DNA of 64,000 nucleotides from Obrimoposthia wandeli (lineage: Eukaryota): positions 372,001 to 436,000 of the forward strand of contig CDROCS010003719.1 of the NCBI GenBank assembly GCA_977020255.1, read 5' to 3'. The translations under genes were made by a program, and so were the position numbers. Shown one piece after another: positions 62,891-64,000 of the stretch; positions within the stretch are counted from its first letter, which is position 1; the number at the start of each line of letters is the position of its first letter. Below the pieces are notes generated by a model that was not told where the DNA came from, searched no databases, and was given only the letters and a program-made list of their open reading frames with translations.

Positions 62891-63451
62891 ATGAATAATT
62901 TAAAAGATTTTATAGGTAGCTTAGCCGTTTTATTCAATATCGTCCAAAATGGAATTAATTCGTATTGGTTATAACATTTAACATTATTTATTATTTATTT
63001 AGACTTATTATTCGTAAAATTAAGTCCAGAAATTCGTCAGATCAATTTTCTTTTTTCCCATATTGTGCAAATTTGGCCTCGTGAGCTCTGTTATTAGTAT
63101 TGATTGACTTATTTATTACTTTGTAAAGGGCAATATGCTGGCTGAAGTATGGACTACAGATTTGGGACCCGATGCTCATAATTACTAATTTTATCAGTAT
63201 TTTAGTCAATTTAATCATTGTTCTCATATTTTTCTTCTTCTCTCAGAAGCGGGTACACTAGTTATGTTTCAATTCTGATTATCATGATTTTCCAGGTGTT
63301 GCTGGTCTATCCAATCACAGTATCGATGTTTTTCGCATTATTCGGCGTCATCTTCAAGATTGAAACTCCCGTGGCACAGCAAATATCTTTTCTTCAATAT
63401 TATTGCAGTGGAATGTCACTTGTTGCATTTGGAGCACCGTTGTCAGCCATT
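62891..63451 (+). CDS. SLC50A1: Host SWEET (MtN3/saliva) sugar transporter, exons 62891-62961, 63003-63080, 63129-63252, 63296-63451; 3' exons not identified
   Basis: GT-AG introns of 41, 48 and 43 nt give MNNLKDFIGSLAVLF...IRKIKSRNSSDQFSFFPY...AICWLKYGLQIWDPMLIITN...YCSGMSLVAFGAPLSAI, followed by a GTGAGT donor. Confidence 0.8.
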
Positions 63452-64000
63452 GTGAGTGGTTGTCATTCTGATTTGATTCTTTTCCCAGATTTATGAAATT
63501 ACTGATATTTAGATAAAGTTTGAATGTAAGAAACTGAAGATACATTCTCAACAAAGAAGAACACTTTTGTTCGTTGTATTTTCAAGTGTAATCTGAAAGC
63601 ATTTATCAAAAGAAACCCCCACAGTGTTTATGAATGCTAGCATAGACTTCCACGGCTCAGTATTGTGCGTTGTCCCATAATTTTATTGGATTTGCAGATT
63701 TGAGGTAATGATGAACAAAGCAAAGAGGATTTTCTACAAATTATTATTGGTTGAAAATACTTTTTTAATTCAAAAATGTTTAGTTTCAAATCACAATAAC
63801 ATTTGTAAACACTAAGAAGAAATGACGATAAAAGAAGGCTGGCCATTCAAAGAAATAAATCGAAGAGAAAAGAGCAGTAACACTGAAATACTATCGAGGA
63901 ATTCAGAAGACACGCCAAGACGCTCCTGTTCCGCTGAAACTATGGGGAACTACTCACAGTTGCTGATTTATACAGTGATTTTGAATATTTGGCCATTTTT

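Noticed and set aside
63218-63496. Stand-alone 92-aa membrane protein ORF
   Set aside because: It is SWEET exon 4 read through flanking introns.

Overview
AT-rich eukaryotic genomic DNA, inferred to be from an animal with short introns (38-61 nt). It is not prokaryotic, and no rRNA, tRNA or CRISPR was found. The first ~35 kb is a nest of Maverick/Polinton (adintovirus-like) endogenous viral elements. Copy A1 runs from before base 1 to 5361. Copy A2 is a complete, near-identical 12.2-kb copy in the opposite orientation (22477-34653, 6-bp TSD TGTAAC). A second-family 6.2-kb deleted element B (7735-13914, TSD ACAGTA) and older degraded elements (18.7-22.5 kb, 51.3-51.9 kb, 57.8-59.4 kb) are also present, interleaved with Gypsy, hAT, Tc1 and piggyBac remnants. 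An 11-copy ~489-bp satellite fills 35.1-40.5 kb. The only host gene I could reconstruct is a 4-exon 5' part of a SWEET sugar transporter at 62.9-63.5 kb. The main signals the ORF track misses are: (1) a TBP-like gene in the Maverick, hidden by a 1-nt frameshift and set head-to-head with pPolB; (2) ~250-nt subterminal hairpins with a cGAAg loop, with a different-sequence hairpin in the same position in family B; (3) a DEDD plus Zn-motif, Maelstrom/arenavirus-NP-like nuclease; (4) spliceosomal introns in the viral protease and pPolB genes, which expose an unannotated Cys/His plus acidic N-terminal extension of pPolB. All protein assignments come from motif recognition by eye; no database search was run.
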